Source: an uncultured Verrucomicrobiota bacterium
GTDB lineage: Bacteria; Verrucomicrobiota; Verrucomicrobiia; Opitutales; UBA9783
Assembly (NCBI GenBank): GCA_946646575.1
Contig: CAMPCR010000003.1
Span: forward strand, 1 to 45,473
Direction: 5' to 3'
DNA: 45,473 bases
Below are positions 43,601 through 45,473 of this stretch, one piece after another (position 1 is the first letter of the stretch; each line of letters starts with the position of its first letter). Made by a program: the position numbers and the translations under genes. The notes beneath the pieces are model-generated. The model saw only the letters and a program-made list of their open reading frames with translations, was not told the origin of the DNA and searched no databases.

Positions 43601-44965
43601 ATGAAAGAAACTATTATTGTTCAGGACAAAATCGCTTCTTTTCATAAACAAGCTGACGACGATTTTCCCGAGCCGTGGCGGCAGTCAAGCGGCAAAGCAC
43701 TGATTCCGTTCGTCGTTTTTGTGATCTTTTATTTCGGTTTTGCGCTGATCACGAGGGGTTTTTATAAGGTGCCGATGACGGTGGCATTTTTGGTTTCCTC
43801 GGCGGCGGCATTGTGTCTGAACCGAAGGGAGAAATTAAGCCGAAAAATCGAATTGTTTGCCTTCGGGATGGGGCATCGGGACATCATGATCATGTGTTTG
43901 GTGTTTGTGTTGGCGGGGGCGTTCACGGCAACCGCAAAAGCCATCGGCGGCGTGGAAGCGGCGATGGCGGTCGCGCGGGCGTTCGTTCCGTCGCAATTCA
44001 TGCTGTCAGGGTTGTTTGTCGTGAGCGGATGTATTTCGCTGGCGATGGGAACGTCGTGCGGAACGATTGCGGCAATGATCCCGATTGCCGTGTCGTTATC
44101 GCAAAATTTGGGATTGAATGCGCATTTTGCGGCGGGTGCCGTCGTCGGAGGATCGATGTTCGGCGATAATTTGTCACTGATTTCGGATACCACCATCGCG
44201 GCAACGCGAACGCAGGGCGTGGAAATGCGCGACAAAATGTTGTGTAATCTGAGAATTGTCGCCCTGCCGGCACTTGCCTGCGTGTGTTTATATGCCCTGC
44301 CGATGTTTTCAACGCCCGCAGACGTTGTTGCCGAAACTTCCGCGTTGACGGTCGAACGATGGATAAAAGTACTGCCGTACATCTTTCTTTTTACTCTCGG
44401 ACTGTGCGGTCAAAATGTTATGGGCTTGTTGTTCCTCGGAACGATTTTCAATGTGATCATCGGATGTGCGCACGGAAACTTTTCGCTTTTGGATGCTTTT
44501 TCGATTATCGGAGACGGGACGACGGAAATGGCTCCGACGATCATTATTTCGCTGTTGGCGGGCGGTATGCTAGCACTGGTGCGCTACAACGGCGGGATTG
44601 AGTTTGTCATTCGAGCGACGGGGCGGTGGATTAAAAGCCGTCGCACCTGCGAGCTGGGTATTTGCTTCCTGACGGGTCTGATGAATTTGTTCACCGCCAA
44701 TAACACGATTGCGATTATCACCTCCGGACAGCTGGCAAAGGAGCTCGGTCATCGCTACGGCGTCAACCCGAAACGCATCGCAAGCCTGCTGGATACAACT
44801 TCGTGCATCGTCCAGGGGCTTATTCCCTACGGCGCACAAATTCTCATTGCAACGGGTTTATCGACCGCCGTGCAACTGAGTGCGTTTGATATCGTACGCG
44901 GCTCGTTTTATCCGTATTTGATGGCGGCGGGGGTGATGTGGAAAATAATGGGAAAATTTAAATAG
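43601..44965 (+). CDS. NhaC-family Na+/H+ antiporter
   Basis: About 454 aa with 11-12 TM segments and NhaC-like blocks (GGSMFGDNLSLISDTTI, LFTANNTIAII). ATG at 43601. Confidence 0.8.
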   Translation: MKETIIVQDKIASFHKQADDDFPEPWRQSSGKALIPFVVFVIFYFGFALITRGFYKVPMTVAFLVSSAAALCLNRREKLSRKIELFAFGMGHRDIMIMCLVFVLAGAFTATAKAIGGVEAAMAVARAFVPSQFMLSGLFVVSGCISLAMGTSCGTIAAMIPIAVSLSQNLGLNAHFAAGAVVGGSMFGDNLSLISDTTIAATRTQGVEMRDKMLCNLRIVALPALACVCLYALPMFSTPADVVAETSALTVERWIKVLPYIFLFTLGLCGQNVMGLLFLGTIFNVIIGCAHGNFSLLDAFSIIGDGTTEMAPTIIISLLAGGMLALVRYNGGIEFVIRATGRWIKSRRTCELGICFLTGLMNLFTANNTIAIITSGQLAKELGHRYGVNPKRIASLLDTTSCIVQGLIPYGAQILIATGLSTAVQLSAFDIVRGSFYPYLMAAGVMWKIMGKFK

Positions 44966-45473
44966 AGAATAGAGTTTTCTGATTTTTCCTACCTTCTAAA
45001 AAAGAGTGCTAATACCGTTTGTTTTATCTGTGATAGAAATTCAGAATTAATGAAGGTGAGTTTTTTACTTACAACCCATCATACTAAAAGATCTGGTTAA
45101 ATTTTATATTGACAACGAATGATAAAAGTTAAAATTAACAGCACTATTACCTTCATCTTGTATCATACTATTTTACAGGAGTCAAGTATAATTGTGGAAA
45201 GTAGAAAATATAATCTCGAGAGATATGCAGTTGTTTTGTATATTGAATTTCGTGTGAGATGTTTGTTGAAAGAACTTTCTTTTTCCGAAAAATTTGGTTC
45301 TTCTAAGTAGAACAACAAGGTTGGGAAGAATCCGCGCTTATTTTGAACAATCACTCAAAAGTGGATCAAAATCTTTTTGCAGATTTAGCTATGTTTGTGA
45401 AAGGTGTCTTTTGGTCTCCTCCTTCACAAAAACGACTTGCCAACCCCTCTCTCCTCCTTCATCCTGGAATCAG

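Noticed and set aside
45119-45354. Two 63-aa ORFs on opposite strands in the terminal A+T-rich region
   Set aside because: They overlap each other, are Ile/Lys/Leu/Phe-rich as expected from AT-rich noise, and have no start signals.
1-45473. tRNA, rRNA, CRISPR arrays, IS elements, toxin-antitoxin or recognisable anti-phage defence genes
   Set aside because: I scanned by eye for T-loop-like GGTTCGAATCC motifs, regularly spaced repeats, transposase and nuclease/helicase motifs, and saw none. A proper tRNAscan, Infernal or DefenseFinder run is still needed to confirm absence.

Overview
This is a 45.5-kb chromosomal window from a diderm bacterium, as shown by LpxA, MurJ, a SurA-like chaperone and a SEDS protein. 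Sampled lines give about 50% G+C. Codon usage is rich in CCG/ACG/GCG/TCG/TTG, and neighbouring genes very often overlap by ATGA or TGATG. I cannot assign a phylum from sequence alone. All family calls come from reading motifs by eye, with no searches run.

Gene content by region:
- 0.2-8.1 kb, minus strand: SurA-like chaperone, rpsT with a Lys/Ala-rich tail, xerD, a Cys-rich membrane ORF, a DAACS symporter, an M24 peptidase, and plsX-rpmF.
- 8.3-21.3 kb, plus strand: an orphan cytoplasmic histidine kinase, then a complete MoxR-DUF58-DUF4381-BatA-BatB-BatC-BatD-BatE operon, then murJ.
- 21.3-25.4 kb: trmB, a small acidic ORF followed by an (AAAG)6 tract, mnmG and lpxA.
- 25.4-34.9 kb: an A+T-rich island (about 35-40% G+C in sampled lines) of nine co-oriented envelope-glycan genes. 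They are two GT-C-like membrane proteins (one fused to a PRK/uridine-kinase-type kinase), two paralogous sugar-phosphate nucleotidyltransferases, a class II aldolase-family protein, a HAD phosphatase, a SAM methyltransferase, a GT2 and a GDPD-like protein.
- 35.2-41.6 kb, minus strand: a BioW-BioF fusion, an RNase E/G-family protein, a SEDS protein and a FolE-FolB fusion.
- 41.8-45.0 kb, plus strand: mnmE and an NhaC-type antiporter.

Most notable observations:
1. A dense cluster of DnaA-box 9-mers plus an AT-rich tract lies in the folE/mnmE divergent gap. This is a candidate oriC.
2. Every long gap inside the Bat operon is bridged by an open frame joined to its neighbours by overlapping stop/start codons, and these frames share short motifs.
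3. The low-GC glycan island carries an unusual membrane-domain/kinase fusion.
4. Two biosynthetic gene fusions are present (BioW-BioF and FolE-FolB).

I recognised no tRNA, rRNA, CRISPR array, transposase or phage genes.
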